A stretch of 64,000 nt of DNA from Gammaproteobacteria bacterium (GCA_965221955.1 CBDCTA010000022.1:192001-256000), one strand, 5' to 3'. Counted from the stretch's first letter, positions 1 through 11,896 are shown. The notes: a model not told the origin generated them from the letters alone. Numbers and translations are program-made.

Positions 1-8
1 TATAAAAA

Positions 9-2087
9 ATGGATGAGCGTAATTTCAGCCTTGCTGAATACTACATCAACCGTGAGCTGAGCTTATTAAAGTTTAATTCACGCGTGCTCGAACAAGCTCG
101 GGATAAATCCACACCTTTACTTGAAAGGCTGAAATTCTTATGTATCTCATGCACCAACTTAGATGAATTTTTTGAAATACGGGTTGGCGGAATTAAACAG
201 CATATTGAGCTGAATATTGCTCACATTACTGCAGACCAACTCGGTCCTAGAGAATTACTCAAACAGATTCATACTGACGCCTCTACTTTAGTTGCTGAGC
301 AATATCGTGTATTTAACGAAGAGATTCAGCCTGAACTTGAAGAACAAAATATACATTTCATTGCACGCGAGCAATGGAGCCATGAACAAGGTGCATGGTT
401 GCGACAATATTTTATCGATGAGGTAGAACCTGTATTAAGCCCGCTTGGTTTAGACCCTGCGCACCCCTTTCCTCGAATTATTAATAAGGCACTTAATTTT
501 ATTGTGCAACTTGAGGGTGAAGATGCGTTTGGGCGTCATGGACAACATGCCATCGTGCAAGCACCTAGATCATTACCACGTTTGATTCGTCTTCCGGATG
601 AAATAACAGAACAAGATGGTGAAAGCTATGTGTTTTTGTCTTCAGTGCTGCACGCTTATGTAAATGAATTATTTGAAGGCCTTACTGTACGCGGTTGTTA
701 TCAATTTAGACTCACTCGTAACAGTGATTTATTTTTAGATGATGAAGAAATTGATGACTTAATGCGCGCACTTGAAGGTGAGCTAGCCTCACGTCGATAT
801 GGTGATTCTGTACGACTAGAAGTTGCCGATAATTGCCCCGAAGAACTAGTGTCGTATTTACTTCAACAATTTAAATTGTCTGCAGTAGATTTATATCGTG
901 TAAATGGGCCCGTAAATTTAAATCGCTTAAGCCAAGCGTATGATCATGTTGATCGGCCCGATTTAAAATATCCGCCTTTTAGCGCCGGCCTACCTGAAAA
1001 CTTTAGTCACAACACAAATATTTTTAATTTGATTAAACAGGGTGATATTTTATTGCATCACCCCTATCAATCCTTTGCACCTGTAATTGATTTCGTACGT
1101 CAAGCAGCTGCAGATCCTAAAGTGCTTGCGATTAAACAAACACTTTATCGTACCGGGCCAAACTCACCGATTGTCGATCATTTAGTAGAAGCGGCAAAAG
1201 CAGGCAAAGAAGTGACAGTAGTAATTGAGTTGATGGCGCGCTTTGATGAGGCCGCGAATATTTCTCTTGCCAACCGATTACAAAAAGCCGGAGCACATGT
1301 AGTGTATGGCATTGTGGGCAAAAAAACCCATGGCAAAATGATTTTAATCGTACGCCGTGAAGAAAATCACCTATGCCGATATGCGCATTTCGGTACCGGC
1401 AACTATCATGAAAAAACTGCAAAACTATATACAGACTATGGGATGTTCACTTGCGACCCAGTGCTAACCTCAGATGCGCATGAAATATTTATGTCACTTA
1501 CAAGTTTCACTAAAGCACCAGTTTTAAAACAAACCTTGCAGGCGCCTTTCACTCTTTATAACACGTTCATTGAGCTTATCGAGCAAGAAATAGCATTTGC
1601 ACGCCAGAACAAGCCGGCACGTATTATTGCAAAAGTGAATGCATTAGTTGAGCCACAAATCATTAAAGCTCTATACCGTGCGTCTGCTGAGGGCGTAAAA
1701 ATACAACTTATCGTGCGTGGCACATGCTGTTTACGTCCAGGAATACTCGGTATCTCTGAAAATATTGAAGTACGCTCTATTGTTGGACGCTTTCTTGAAC
1801 ATACTCGTGTTTGCTATTTCCATAATGATGGGGATCCAAAAGTATTTTGTGCCAGTGCAGATTGGATGGATCGCAATTTTTTCAGGCGCGTAGAAGTAAG
1901 TTGGCCAATTAAAGACCCTTTAATTCGTAAACGCATCATCGAGGAACTAGAAATCTATTTAAGTGATAATCAACAAGCCTGGATCTTGCAAACAGACGGA
2001 AGTTATCAGCAGCCCATCACCTATGGACAAAACACGTGTAATGCACAGCAAACATTGCTAAATAAACATGCACGATCTAAATATTAG
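9..2087 (+). CDS. ppk1: Polyphosphate kinase 1
   Basis: 692 aa; YINRELSLLKFN, LDEFFEIRV, PAHPFP, LLHHPY, ARFDE, KTHGK, SIVGRFLEH, SADWMDRN motifs. Confidence 0.98.
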   Translation: MDERNFSLAEYYINRELSLLKFNSRVLEQARDKSTPLLERLKFLCISCTNLDEFFEIRVGGIKQHIELNIAHITADQLGPRELLKQIHTDASTLVAEQYRVFNEEIQPELEEQNIHFIAREQWSHEQGAWLRQYFIDEVEPVLSPLGLDPAHPFPRIINKALNFIVQLEGEDAFGRHGQHAIVQAPRSLPRLIRLPDEITEQDGESYVFLSSVLHAYVNELFEGLTVRGCYQFRLTRNSDLFLDDEEIDDLMRALEGELASRRYGDSVRLEVADNCPEELVSYLLQQFKLSAVDLYRVNGPVNLNRLSQAYDHVDRPDLKYPPFSAGLPENFSHNTNIFNLIKQGDILLHHPYQSFAPVIDFVRQAAADPKVLAIKQTLYRTGPNSPIVDHLVEAAKAGKEVTVVIELMARFDEAANISLANRLQKAGAHVVYGIVGKKTHGKMILIVRREENHLCRYAHFGTGNYHEKTAKLYTDYGMFTCDPVLTSDAHEIFMSLTSFTKAPVLKQTLQAPFTLYNTFIELIEQEIAFARQNKPARIIAKVNALVEPQIIKALYRASAEGVKIQLIVRGTCCLRPGILGISENIEVRSIVGRFLEHTRVCYFHNDGDPKVFCASADWMDRNFFRRVEVSWPIKDPLIRKRIIEELEIYLSDNQQAWILQTDGSYQQPITYGQNTCNAQQTLLNKHARSKY

Positions 2088-2096
2088 TAATACCTT

Positions 2097-3627
2097 TTAA
2101 AAGTTAACTTTTACGCTTAAGACTTTAAGGTAATTTTGTTCTTGTTCCAGCTCTGCACCAGTAAGAGGATGGTTATCTAACCAGTTTTGATCAAACTGGA
2201 TTGCTAAAACTTCATCGTTATCGCGTATTTTTATTTCTGGAAGTTTTTTGGGTACACGGTCGCGGTGAATCAAAACTGCTATGCGTAATATCACAACCAT
2301 AAACATCGCCTGTTGTTGCCAACGTGAAGGCAGCTGATTAATCAGCTCGATGTTAATCTTGCGCCTGTGACTTCCTACTAAGCAGGCAAGTAATCGCTGC
2401 TCATTCCAAGAAAAACCCATCAGGTCACTATTTTCTAACAAGATAAGCACCGTGGCGATGGTACTTAGAGTGAGAGATATCTAAACCAATTTCATGCAAG
2501 TCTGCCGCCCAAATTAGAAATTGATAGGCAAGTTCATTATCAACTTTCCAGACTTTAGAAATTTTATCTAATAAATGCAGTGCAGTCGTTTTAATTTGTC
2601 CTGCATGATTAAAGTCAACATGGTAACGACGCATCAGTGAATACACTGTGCGGTCACGAGTGTCTTGATGATGGATTCTTCCGGCTAAATCAAACAACAA
2701 GCCTTCGCGCAAACCACCATCAGACGCTAACATTTTTTTGATTCCTAACTCTTCAAAGATTGCTTTCAATGCAACTAAGCCACCAGCAAAAACAGGTTTG
2801 CGCTCTTTGGCTAACGAGGCAAAATTTATATTATCTATATGCTCAGCAACTTGGAGTTTAGTAATCAATGTTTTGATACCCTTATAGGTAATCCCATTAT
2901 CACTTAATTCAAATTCACGCATCAATTCAGCAATAGTGCGTATCGTTCCTGCAGTGCCCACAACATATTTCCAGCCCAGCTCTTTTACATTTGCTTCAAT
3001 AGGTTGCATTTGGAGTTTTGCAGTAACGAGTGCTTTTTTAAATTTCTTTTTATCCAATTTCCCATCCGAAAAATATTTTTCACTCAGCATGACACAACCC
3101 ATTTGCACGCTTTCCATTAACAATGGTTCACCTTTCTCTCCCACAATCACTTCGGTACTTCCGCCGCCAATATCTACCACCAACCATTTTTCATCAGGGC
3201 CCGTAATAGCATGGATGGTGCCTTGATAAATTAAGCGTGCTTCCTCAACACCAGAGATAATTTGTATTGGGTGACCTAAGGCCTCTTCCCCACGTTGAAT
3301 GAACTCAGTACCATTTTTTGCAACGCGTAATGTATTCGTGCCCACTACACGTACCGAATCCGCATGCATTTCTTGTAAGCGCTGACCAAACTTTTGCAAA
3401 CACTCAATTCCACGTGCTTGTGATTCTTTTGAGAGTTTGCCAGAAGAATTTAGCCCTGCACCTAGACGCACCATTTCGCGCATACGGTCGATGATTTTGA
3501 GCTGCCCATGCTGATCTTGAGCCACTACCATATGAAAACTATTTGAACCGAGATCTACCGCAGCAATAACTGAAGAAGCTTTTGACGACAACTCGCCAGG
3601 ATAAGAAATGGGAGATGGGACTTCCAT
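2097..3627 (-). CDS. ppx: Exopolyphosphatase Ppx/GppA, split by one frameshift near 2440
   Basis: ORF 2428-3627 has DLGSNSFH, DIGGGSTE, GGLREG and LHEIG. ORF 2097-2450 continues LENSDLMGFS, the conserved C-terminal domain. One extra base in GCTTATCTTGTTAGAA joins them. Confidence 0.93.
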
Positions 3628-3690
3628 ATACGCAGTTTAGCGTACTAAATACTGTTGTCCGATAAAAGCGATTATTAAAGGTTTGATGAC

Positions 3691-4578
3691 TTATTTAGGC
3701 GGTAATAATGCACGTCCGCTACCATAATCCACTACAACACCTTTAGGAGTAATTTCTTCAACCAAGGGGCCATTATTTACAATACGATCACCCTCTTTAT
3801 ATTTATCCATATTAATTAATACAAACCGACGTATTGGATCCGTATCAAACACATGCACATTAACTTCATACTGATTCAAACTATTACGTGCACTCTCGGG
3901 CAAATCGCGTAAATTTGGCACACTACTTGATCTAGTTTGTAGATTAGGCGTTACAGACTCACCTTGGTCAATGAGTAGTTTTGGTTTTTCAGTAATTGGA
4001 ACTGCGTCATCAGCACTTAATTCAGTAGATGAAAACGAAACTTTACCTTTTTTAACGCTAGTGGAAGGTGCTGTCACAATATTTTGAGTTGCAGATGCCA
4101 TTGGCTTGGTATTCGTTTGCTTAGACTCATAAATTAATGGTCGATCCACTTCTGGACTTTGCGCACTGCCCACTTCCATCGCTAAAGGACGCGATTCTAT
4201 GGATTCTAGTGGTTGTATAGGCTCTGCTATTTCCGAATGAATTACCTGTTGATTGATATCTTTATTACTGGAGATTGAATTAGCTTGTTGAAATTGTTTT
4301 TGTGGAGACACAACATTGCTTGGTGAAACAATTTCTTGTGTGGCTATTTGCTTTTCAGCAGCGGCTATTTCAACTTCAGGTTCTCCATCACCAGTGATTG
4401 AACGAACAATTAAAAATATAATTAGAACATTCACTAATAAGCCTAGTCCTATCCATAACCAGATTCTCTTGGGATTATTTTTCTTAGACTTAACCGGATT
4501 AACAAATTTTAAATCCGGCTGTTTCTCGAGTTGACGCTCATGTTCGGCACGCGTCAAGGCATCAAGAATCATCGACAT
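3691..4578 (-). CDS. gspB: General secretion pathway protein B (ExeB/GspB)-like
   Basis: MSMILDAL N-terminus, single TM helix, low-complexity linker, C-terminal VNVHVF...RFVLIN...EGD domain; directly downstream of exeA. Confidence 0.85.
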   Translation of the reverse strand: MSMILDALTRAEHERQLEKQPDLKFVNPVKSKKNNPKRIWLWIGLGLLVNVLIIFLIVRSITGDGEPEVEIAAAEKQIATQEIVSPSNVVSPQKQFQQANSISSNKDINQQVIHSEIAEPIQPLESIESRPLAMEVGSAQSPEVDRPLIYESKQTNTKPMASATQNIVTAPSTSVKKGKVSFSSTELSADDAVPITEKPKLLIDQGESVTPNLQTRSSSVPNLRDLPESARNSLNQYEVNVHVFDTDPIRRFVLINMDKYKEGDRIVNNGPLVEEITPKGVVVDYGSGRALLPPK

Positions 4579-4596
4579 GTTTTCGTACCTATTGAA

Positions 4597-6324
4597 TTAA
4601 CTTGATTGCCGTAATAGCAAAGGTGTTGAGCGATCATTTACTGCTGAATTGATTTCAATCATTGTTTCGCGACCAGCAACACCATCTACATTGAGTCCAC
4701 GAACGCGTTGAAACTCCATCACTCGCCATTTTAGAGTGGGATCAAAAGATAAATTTTTCTTCTCATCTGTGGATATTGGCTTACCTTCAATACGGTCCAG
4801 TTGGTCTCGCAACCAAGCAACGTCTCTACCTATTAAACCTTCTTTCAAAACATTCGAGCCCGCAGGTGGTGGTCTCCAAAGTAACAAATAATTACCGTAC
4901 CAATATGGATCTACTGTATCTGTTGATGTAGTGGTTACTTTACCGCCAATATTTAAACTCACTTGATTGCCTTGCAACGCTAACACAACAATTTGCTTTC
5001 TTTTACCTACAGGATTAATCACTTCTATCACTGCAGGCCGGTTGTGCTGTCGAATTTCTTCCCAGCCCGCTTTACCAAAGATACAGCGTAAATTGGCAGC
5101 AGTAGCGCGCTCGCAAGCTGTGTCTCCTTTTAAATCCGCGTATGAAAGATCCCAATAACTAAACAAGGTAGCAAATGCCTTGCTATTATCAGCACGTACA
5201 TTTTCATCACTAATTAAGCTCGAAAAGCTAGCTTTATTTTGCTTTATGACTTCAGGCTTGGTTACTACTTGTGTTTCAGGTAATGCTACCGTTTCAGGTT
5301 CTAGAATAAGCGGCCTACTTTCAACGATAGCCTGAGAAGCTAAAGATTCTCTAACCACTTCATTTTCAGATTGCTTAACAACAATCTCGGTGTTGGTATT
5401 TGCATAACTTTCAGGTGAAGTACGTGGTAAAAAACCCCAAATCGACAACAACAATGCTGCTGCCCCGGCTGCAATTGCACCTCCTGCCACCCATTGCATA
5501 GGTTGAAATCGCTCAGCAGGTTGCAACACTTCACCTGCCGCTTTGCGTACCAGTCTCTTATCAATACGATGCACATTTTCTCCGTAAGCACCCATCATTG
5601 AGCGTTCACAAATATTATTTATTAAACGAGGCACGCCATCTGAAAGTTGGTGCACCACATTAACTGCACCACTAGTAAATAACTCACCTCTGAAACCTAC
5701 AATTTGTAAACGGTGCCTTATATAAGCTGCGGTTTCTTCTTTTGATAAAGGTGTTAAATGAAAACGCGCTGTAATTCTTTGTGTAAGTTGGCGTAACTCG
5801 GGTCGTGCCAATATCGCTTGTAGCTCAGGTTGACCGATTAAAATAATTTGTAAAAGTTTTTGCGTAGCAACTTCTAAATTGGTTAATAAACGAATTTGTT
5901 CCAGTACTTCTGCACGTAAATTTTGTGCTTCATCAATCACTAAAACGGTTCGCTTTCCCTGCGCGTGTTGTTTCAATAAATATAAATTTAAACGATCGAC
6001 TAAATACTTAAGACTGGTCGTTGATCTACGGTATGGAATATTGAGTTCATCGCAGATGGAAGCGATTAATTCGCGTGAACTTTGACGCGGGTTTAAAATC
6101 AGCGCTACGTTCACATGATCTGGCATTTGTTCCAGCACGCTGCGACACAACATGGTTTTACCGGTACCGACTTCACCAGTTAACAGAATAAACCCACCTG
6201 CTTCATCCGCCCCATATAACAAATGTGCTAAACCATCTCGATGCCGTGGCGTTAAATATAAAAAACGCGTATCCGGAGTGATCTGGAAGGGCTTATCTGA
6301 GATGCCAAAGAATTCTAAATACAT
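4597..6324 (-). CDS. exeA: ExeA/GspA AAA ATPase with C-terminal peptidoglycan-binding domain
   Basis: MYLEFFG..PF.ITPD start, GEVGTGKT Walker A, VIDEAQNL Walker B, LIGQPEL, TM helix, FQRVRGLNVDGVAG PG-binding motif. Confidence 0.93.
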   Translation of the reverse strand: MYLEFFGISDKPFQITPDTRFLYLTPRHRDGLAHLLYGADEAGGFILLTGEVGTGKTMLCRSVLEQMPDHVNVALILNPRQSSRELIASICDELNIPYRRSTTSLKYLVDRLNLYLLKQHAQGKRTVLVIDEAQNLRAEVLEQIRLLTNLEVATQKLLQIILIGQPELQAILARPELRQLTQRITARFHLTPLSKEETAAYIRHRLQIVGFRGELFTSGAVNVVHQLSDGVPRLINNICERSMMGAYGENVHRIDKRLVRKAAGEVLQPAERFQPMQWVAGGAIAAGAAALLLSIWGFLPRTSPESYANTNTEIVVKQSENEVVRESLASQAIVESRPLILEPETVALPETQVVTKPEVIKQNKASFSSLISDENVRADNSKAFATLFSYWDLSYADLKGDTACERATAANLRCIFGKAGWEEIRQHNRPAVIEVINPVGKRKQIVVLALQGNQVSLNIGGKVTTTSTDTVDPYWYGNYLLLWRPPPAGSNVLKEGLIGRDVAWLRDQLDRIEGKPISTDEKKNLSFDPTLKWRVMEFQRVRGLNVDGVAGRETMIEINSAVNDRSTPLLLRQSS

Positions 6325-6505
6325 GTTCGATAGCTCATGCTGAATAACCGTTCATCTAGCATTTATAGAAAAACTCATTTTGCCAAAAATGCCAATCCTT
6401 AGCCGCATTAATATACGGGTTATAGAACAAATAAATACCATGTATAAACTGGTGTAATATTTAACTAGGTTTTATCGACATCACTTTAATGCTTCAATAT
6501 TGAAG

Positions 6506-6664
6506 ATGAGCGAATCTGCCAAATTACCTCCTAAACCCAAGCCTCCTGATCCCTATGAGTGCTGTGAACGCGGCTGTGACCCTTGTGTGTATGACTATTA
6601 TGCAAAGGCATTGAAACGCTGGGAGCAGCGCGTAGCCGAACTGCAGGAAAAGAAGGATGAATGA
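6506..6664 (+). CDS. 52-aa Cys-rich oxidoreductase-like domain protein (not in ORF track)
   Basis: Manual translation MSESAKLPPKPKPPDPYECCERGCDPCVYDYYAKALKRWEQRVAELQEKKDE; PxxPxPxxCCxxGCxPCVxDxY pattern of the 'oxidoreductase-like' domain family. Confidence 0.8.
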   Translation: MSESAKLPPKPKPPDPYECCERGCDPCVYDYYAKALKRWEQRVAELQEKKDE

Positions 6665-6955
6665 TGGTTAAATATTAGTCAGAATCTATGGAGAGCTTTC
6701 GTCATTGATAATTAATTTTTCTCGCAGGGAAAACAGCTTCTAATAGCAAATAATTCCTTAGTTATATACTATTACCCTCATAATAAAAAAGAATAACAAT
6801 TTTACTAAAACTAAATTCGTTAACTGCAGCTCTTCTAAATATTCCAAAAAACCAATATGCATCTAAAGCCAAGTTTGAATTTGGCTAGGAGCTTTGTCGG
6901 TAAGTGAAAAATGCAGTTTAACGCATTTGGTATGTCTACAGAGGAACTAACCGCT

Positions 6956-8512
6956 ATGAAGATTGGTGTACCAAACGAAATTCATGAAAATGAATGTCGT
7001 GTCGCAATGACACCTGATACTGCTGCACGTCTCCAAAAATTAGGATACGAATGTGCAATTGAAGCTGGTGCAGGTGCAAGTGCAAACTTTACGGATCAAG
7101 CTTACAAAGATGCAGGTGTCGAAGTTGTTTCAGATACCAAGCAACTTTGGGCCAATTCAGACATTATTTTAAAAGTACGTGCTCCTGAGCAAAACGATGC
7201 ACTCGGGGTACATGAAGCTGATTTATTAAAAGACGGCGCTACACTAGCAAGCTTTATATGGCCTGCACAAAACGAAAACTTGCTGGATCAACTTAAAGCA
7301 CGTAACGCAACCGTGTTAGCAATGGATTCCGTACCACGTATTTCTCGAGCACAAAAACTCGATGCACTTTCTTCTATGGCAAATATCGCGGGTTACCGTG
7401 CTGTCATCGAAGCTTCAAATCATTTTGGTAGATTCTTCACCGGTCAAGTCACTGCTGCCGGTAAAGTTCCACCTGCAAAAGTCATGGTGATTGGAGCAGG
7501 TGTTGCAGGACTTGCAGCCATCGGTACAGCAAACGGTCTTGGTGCAATTGTACGCGCATTTGATACTCGTCCAGAAGTAAAAGAACAAGTTGAAAGTATG
7601 GGTGCACAGTTTTTAGAACTTGATTTCGAAGAAGACGAAGAAGGCGGCACTGCAGGTGGTTATGCCAAAGTGATGAGTAAAGAATTTATCGATGCAGAAA
7701 TGGCTTTGTTCCGCGAACAAGCAAAAGAAGTCGATATCATTATCACCACGGCTTTAATACCTGGAAAACCTGCACCAAAACTTATCTTGGCCGACATGGT
7801 GGAATCCATGAAGGAAGGTAGTGTGATTGTTGATTTGGCTGCCGAACAAGGAGGAAACTGTGAACTCACTGTTCCAGGTGAAGTAGCAGTGAAGCACGGC
7901 GTGACATTAATTGGTTATATGGATTTACCAAGCCGCTTGCCTACTCAGTCCAGTCAACTGTATGGTTCAAACTTATGTCATTTATTAAATGACATGACAC
8001 CTGAAAAAGATGGCAATTTAGTCGTCGATATGGAAGACGATGTCGTTCGTGGCACTACTGTAGTTAACAAAGGTGAAATTACCTGGCCACCACCTCCAAT
8101 TGCTGTATCTGCTGCACCTGCAAAACCAGCAGCCGCTGCACCCATTGTGCAAGAAGAAAAGAAAAGCAGTGGAATGGGCTTTGCAATAACGCTGCTCGTT
8201 GCAGCGGGACTGTTATGGTGGATTGGTCAATCAGCACCTGCCGAGTTTATGCAGCATTTCACCGTGTTTGTACTGTCATGCTTCATCGGTTACTGGGTAG
8301 TTTGGAACGTAACTCCCGCGTTACATACACCTCTAATGAGTGTCACCAATGCAATCAGTAGTGTGATTATTGTGGGCGCTTTATTGCAAATAGGTAGCAG
8401 TGTGGGATTAATCGTTGGACTCGCTACATTTTCAGTCTTCATAGCATCGATCAACATTGGCGGCGGATTTACAGTCACGCAGCGCATGTTGCAGATGTTT
8501 CGTAAAGATTAA
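6956..8512 (+). CDS. pntA: NAD(P) transhydrogenase alpha subunit
   Basis: MKIGVPNE start after GAGGA SD (track ORF starts at 6911), RISRAQ, GAGVAGL, GGYAK, C-terminal TM helices with [13 protein letters not shown]. Confidence 0.97.
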   Translation: MKIGVPNEIHENECRVAMTPDTAARLQKLGYECAIEAGAGASANFTDQAYKDAGVEVVSDTKQLWANSDIILKVRAPEQNDALGVHEADLLKDGATLASFIWPAQNENLLDQLKARNATVLAMDSVPRISRAQKLDALSSMANIAGYRAVIEASNHFGRFFTGQVTAAGKVPPAKVMVIGAGVAGLAAIGTANGLGAIVRAFDTRPEVKEQVESMGAQFLELDFEEDEEGGTAGGYAKVMSKEFIDAEMALFREQAKEVDIIITTALIPGKPAPKLILADMVESMKEGSVIVDLAAEQGGNCELTVPGEVAVKHGVTLIGYMDLPSRLPTQSSQLYGSNLCHLLNDMTPEKDGNLVVDMEDDVVRGTTVVNKGEITWPPPPIAVSAAPAKPAAAAPIVQEEKKSSGMGFAITLLVAAGLLWWIGQSAPAEFMQHFTVFVLSCFIGYWVVWNVTPALHTPLMSVTNAISSVIIVGALLQIGSSVGLIVGLATFSVFIASINIGGGFTVTQRMLQMFRKD

Positions 8513-8524
8513 GGGAGTAGAACA

Positions 8525-9922
8525 ATGATAATGAATCCACAAATGTTAGGTGCAGCGTACTTAGCTGCCGGTGCTCTCTTTATTCTTAGCTTAAATGGCT
8601 TAAGTAACCAGGAATCTGCACGTAGAGGAAACTTGTGCGGCATTCTTGGAATGATCATTGCCGTAGGTGCAACCATTTTAAGTGGTGAAGTTGGCAACTT
8701 TAAAATGCTTTTCCCAGCAATGATTCTTGGCGGAATTCTTGGCGCCGTCGTTGCTATGAAAGTTGAAATGACTTCCATGCCAGAACTGGTTGCAGGTTTT
8801 CATAGCTTAGTGGGTCTTGCTGCAGTGTTAGTAGGCTTCTCAAGTTATATGGATCCTAATTCACATTTTGAAGGCGCTGAAAAAATCATTCATGAAGTTG
8901 AAGTGTATTTAGGAGTCTTTATTGGTGTGATTACCTTTACCGGCTCCATCATCGCGTTTGGAAAACTTAAAGGCATTATCAGTGGTAAACCTTTAATGTT
9001 ACCTGGACGTCATCTACTTAACTTAATCATGTTAGGCGGTTGTCTTTTCCTTGGTTATCTATTTCTTCAAGCCACTTCTCATGATGCAGGACTCACACCA
9101 TTAATCATCATGACTGTAATTGCCGGAGTTATCGGCATACATTTAGTTATGGCCATTGGTGGTGCGGATATGCCAGTAGTGGTTTCAATGTTAAATAGTT
9201 ATTCTGGTTGGGCTGCGGCTGCAACTGGTTTCATGTTAGGCAACACTGCACTCATCGTTGTCGGCTCTCTAGTGGGTTCTAGTGGTGCAATTTTGAGTTA
9301 CATCATGTGTCGTGCCATGAATCGTAAGTTCTTAAATGTAATTCTAGGTGGATTTGGTACCGGCGGCGGTGCCACTGTTGCTGCTGATGAAGGCGGTGAA
9401 GTGACATCTACTTCTGCTGCAGAACTTGCCGAAGAACTTAAAAATGCAAGCGAAGTCATCATCGTTCCAGGATATGGAATGGCGGTTGCTCAAGCACAGG
9501 GAACTGTTAGCGAGATCACTAAGAAGTTACGTGATAAAGGCGTGAATGTTCGTTTCGGTATTCACCCAGTAGCAGGTCGCTTACCTGGTCATATGAATGT
9601 ACTTCTTGCAGAAGCTAAAGTGCCTTACGACATTGTGTTAGAAATGGATGAACTTAACGATGACTTTCCTGACACTGATGTATCACTCATCATCGGTGCA
9701 AATGATATCGTGAACCCATCTGCACAAACGGATCCAAACAGTCCTATTGCAGGTATGCCGGTACTAGAAGTTTGGAAAGCCAAAACCTGTGTGGTACTCA
9801 AACGCAGTATGGCCTCAGGTTATGCAGGTGTAGACAATCCATTATTCTTAAAAGACAACACTGATATGTTATTTGGTGATGCGAAAGACAGTATGGATGA
9901 AGTGCTTAAGCATCTGGACTGA
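8525..9922 (+). CDS. pntB: NAD(P) transhydrogenase beta subunit
   Basis: [53 protein letters not shown]. Confidence 0.98.
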   Translation: MIMNPQMLGAAYLAAGALFILSLNGLSNQESARRGNLCGILGMIIAVGATILSGEVGNFKMLFPAMILGGILGAVVAMKVEMTSMPELVAGFHSLVGLAAVLVGFSSYMDPNSHFEGAEKIIHEVEVYLGVFIGVITFTGSIIAFGKLKGIISGKPLMLPGRHLLNLIMLGGCLFLGYLFLQATSHDAGLTPLIIMTVIAGVIGIHLVMAIGGADMPVVVSMLNSYSGWAAAATGFMLGNTALIVVGSLVGSSGAILSYIMCRAMNRKFLNVILGGFGTGGGATVAADEGGEVTSTSAAELAEELKNASEVIIVPGYGMAVAQAQGTVSEITKKLRDKGVNVRFGIHPVAGRLPGHMNVLLAEAKVPYDIVLEMDELNDDFPDTDVSLIIGANDIVNPSAQTDPNSPIAGMPVLEVWKAKTCVVLKRSMASGYAGVDNPLFLKDNTDMLFGDAKDSMDEVLKHLD

Positions 9923-9951
9923 TTATTCAGTTTTAGTCGAACTATTAAATC

Positions 9952-9982
9952 AAAAAAGCCGGCTCGTGAGCCGGCTTTTTTT
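9952..9982. terminator. Bidirectional intrinsic terminator between pntB and ispB
   Basis: AAAAAAGCCGGCTC-GT-GAGCCGGCTTTTTTT: perfect GC-rich stem flanked by A and T tracts, between convergent genes. Confidence 0.9.
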
Positions 9983-10059
9983 ATCTCTTCATTTTTTTTA
10001 TTTTATTTCATCAGATACTTATTCAGAAAAATATAATTGAAAATTTGCGAATAATCTTT

Positions 10060-11028
10060 TTATGCGCTACGAGCAATAGCAAAGTTTGTCAACTCAGCTA
10101 ACGCATCTCTATATCGGTTACTTGGTAATTTTTCAATTTGTTGTTTCGCGTTTTGCGCTTGCTGATTCGCTGAAGCTTCAGTGTATGCAACTGCATCCGT
10201 TGCTTCGATGACTTGCATGATTTCTTGCAAGTGCTGCTTGCCACCATTAATGATGGCATTTCGAACCATCTCAGCTGTTGAGCCATTACTATTTTTTAAC
10301 GCATGTATTAACGGTAATGTTGGTTTACCTTCTGCTAAATCATCACCGATGTTTTTACCCATTTCTTCTGATGATGCTTGGTAATCAAGCAAATCATCTT
10401 TGAGTTGAAAAGCGGTACCAATGTGCATGCCATAGTTTGCGCAAGCTTGTTCGATTTCTTTACTTTGTCTTGCCAAAATCGCACCTAGTTGGCAAGCCGC
10501 TTCAAATAGTTTGGCTGTTTTAGATTGGATGACCATCATATAACGCTCTTCTGTTGTCTCAGGGTCATTGCAGTTTAATAACTGCATCACCTCACCTTCC
10601 GCAATCGTATTCGATGCACGTGCAAGAATTTCCATCACACGCATTTCTCCTACATCAACCATCATTTCAAATGAACGAGAAAATACAAAGTCTCCCACTA
10701 AAACGGTTGTCTCGTTTCCCCAAATAGAATTTGCAGTTTCATTGCCACGACGCATACTGGATTCATCTACAACATCATCATGTAAAAGTGTTGCGGTATG
10801 AATAAACTCAATGATCGCTGCGACTAAATAATGTTTATCACCTTCGTAACCACAAGCCTTAGCACACAAAATCGCTAACATGGGACGCAAACGTTTACCC
10901 CCACTATTTATAATGTAATTTGCCATCTCATTAATCAACGCAACATCCGAATGTAAATACTGGCGAATAGCTGCATTGACCCCTTGCATATCCTCTTCAA
11001 CGAGGGCTTGAACACTTTTAAAATCCAT
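10060..11028 (-). CDS. ispB: Octaprenyl-diphosphate synthase
   Basis: GGKRLRP, HTATLLHDDVVD, FQLKDDLLD, GKNIGDDLAEGKPTLP; divergent from rplU as is typical. Confidence 0.96.
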   Translation of the reverse strand: MDFKSVQALVEEDMQGVNAAIRQYLHSDVALINEMANYIINSGGKRLRPMLAILCAKACGYEGDKHYLVAAIIEFIHTATLLHDDVVDESSMRRGNETANSIWGNETTVLVGDFVFSRSFEMMVDVGEMRVMEILARASNTIAEGEVMQLLNCNDPETTEERYMMVIQSKTAKLFEAACQLGAILARQSKEIEQACANYGMHIGTAFQLKDDLLDYQASSEEMGKNIGDDLAEGKPTLPLIHALKNSNGSTAEMVRNAIINGGKQHLQEIMQVIEATDAVAYTEASANQQAQNAKQQIEKLPSNRYRDALAELTNFAIARSA

Positions 11029-11128
11029 ATTGGCTAGGTTAGGCTTAGTTTTATGTACTCGGAATAGTTATTTAGACTGTTTTTTTAGGTATATCATTAC
11101 TATACATGTGAATTCGAGGCATATTTGA

Positions 11129-11157
11129 TTGACCCATCAGAGGTGTATCGCTAGAAT
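11129..11157 (+). promoter_or_regulatory. sigma70 promoter of rplU-rpmA
   Basis: TTGACC-17 nt-TAGAAT followed by GC-rich discriminator TGCGCC. Confidence 0.7.
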
Positions 11158-11196
11158 TGCGCCTCTTTTTTAGACCCCATTACGGAGAAAACCAAG

Positions 11197-11508
11197 GTGT
11201 ACGCAATTATCGCCACTGGCGGCAAACAATACCGTGTCCAGGAAGGAGACCATATCAGGGTTGAAAAACTTGCGGGTGATCCTGGCGAGAAAGTTGAATT
11301 TAATCAAGTACTTTTACTATCAGATGGCGAAGATGTAACCATTGGAGCACCTTACGTTGAAGGTAGCAAAGTAATGGGTGAAGTTGAAGAACAAGCGCGT
11401 GCTAAGAAAATTGAAATCATCAAATTCAAACGTCGCAAGCATCACATGAAGCGTATGGGGCATCGTCAATTTTTTACTCAAGTAAAGATAACCGGAATTT
11501 CTAAGTAG
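11197..11508 (+). CDS. rplU: 50S ribosomal protein L21
   Basis: MYAIIATGGKQYRV...GHRQFFT. Confidence 0.99.
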   Translation: MYAIIATGGKQYRVQEGDHIRVEKLAGDPGEKVEFNQVLLLSDGEDVTIGAPYVEGSKVMGEVEEQARAKKIEIIKFKRRKHHMKRMGHRQFFTQVKITGISK

Positions 11509-11537
11509 AATCGATATTTGTAATTAAAGGATAGGTT

Positions 11538-11798
11538 ATGGCACATAAAAAAGCAGGTGGTAGTACTCGTAACGGTCGCGATTCAGAGTCTAAACGACTT
11601 GGTGTAAAACGTTATGGTGGTGAAGAAGTCCTTGCAGGAAATATTATTGTTCGCCAACGAGGCACACAGTTTCACCCCGGTGTAAATGTAGGCTGCGGTA
11701 AAGACCATACCTTATATGCTAAAGCAGATGGTAAAGTAGTTTTTGAAACTAAAGGCCCGAAAAACCGAAAATATGTTCGCATTGAAGCGGTGCAATAA
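11538..11798 (+). CDS. rpmA: 50S ribosomal protein L27
   Basis: [24 protein letters not shown]. Confidence 0.99.
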   Translation: MAHKKAGGSTRNGRDSESKRLGVKRYGGEEVLAGNIIVRQRGTQFHPGVNVGCGKDHTLYAKADGKVVFETKGPKNRKYVRIEAVQ

Positions 11799-11821
11799 AT
11801 ACTTATTACATTATTTAAGTT

Positions 11822-11850
11822 AAAGCCCCGCATCGTCGGGGCTTTTTTTT
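11822..11850 (+). terminator. Intrinsic terminator after rpmA
   Basis: AAAGCCCCG-CATCGT-CGGGGCTTTTTTTT. Confidence 0.9.
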
Positions 11851-11896
11851 GCTCCGATTTACTAACTGTTCTTATATATAAAGTATGAGTGATTTT

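Noticed and set aside
3691-6324. exeAB without other type II secretion genes as a novel system
   Set aside because: exeAB/gspAB are commonly encoded apart from the main T2SS operon
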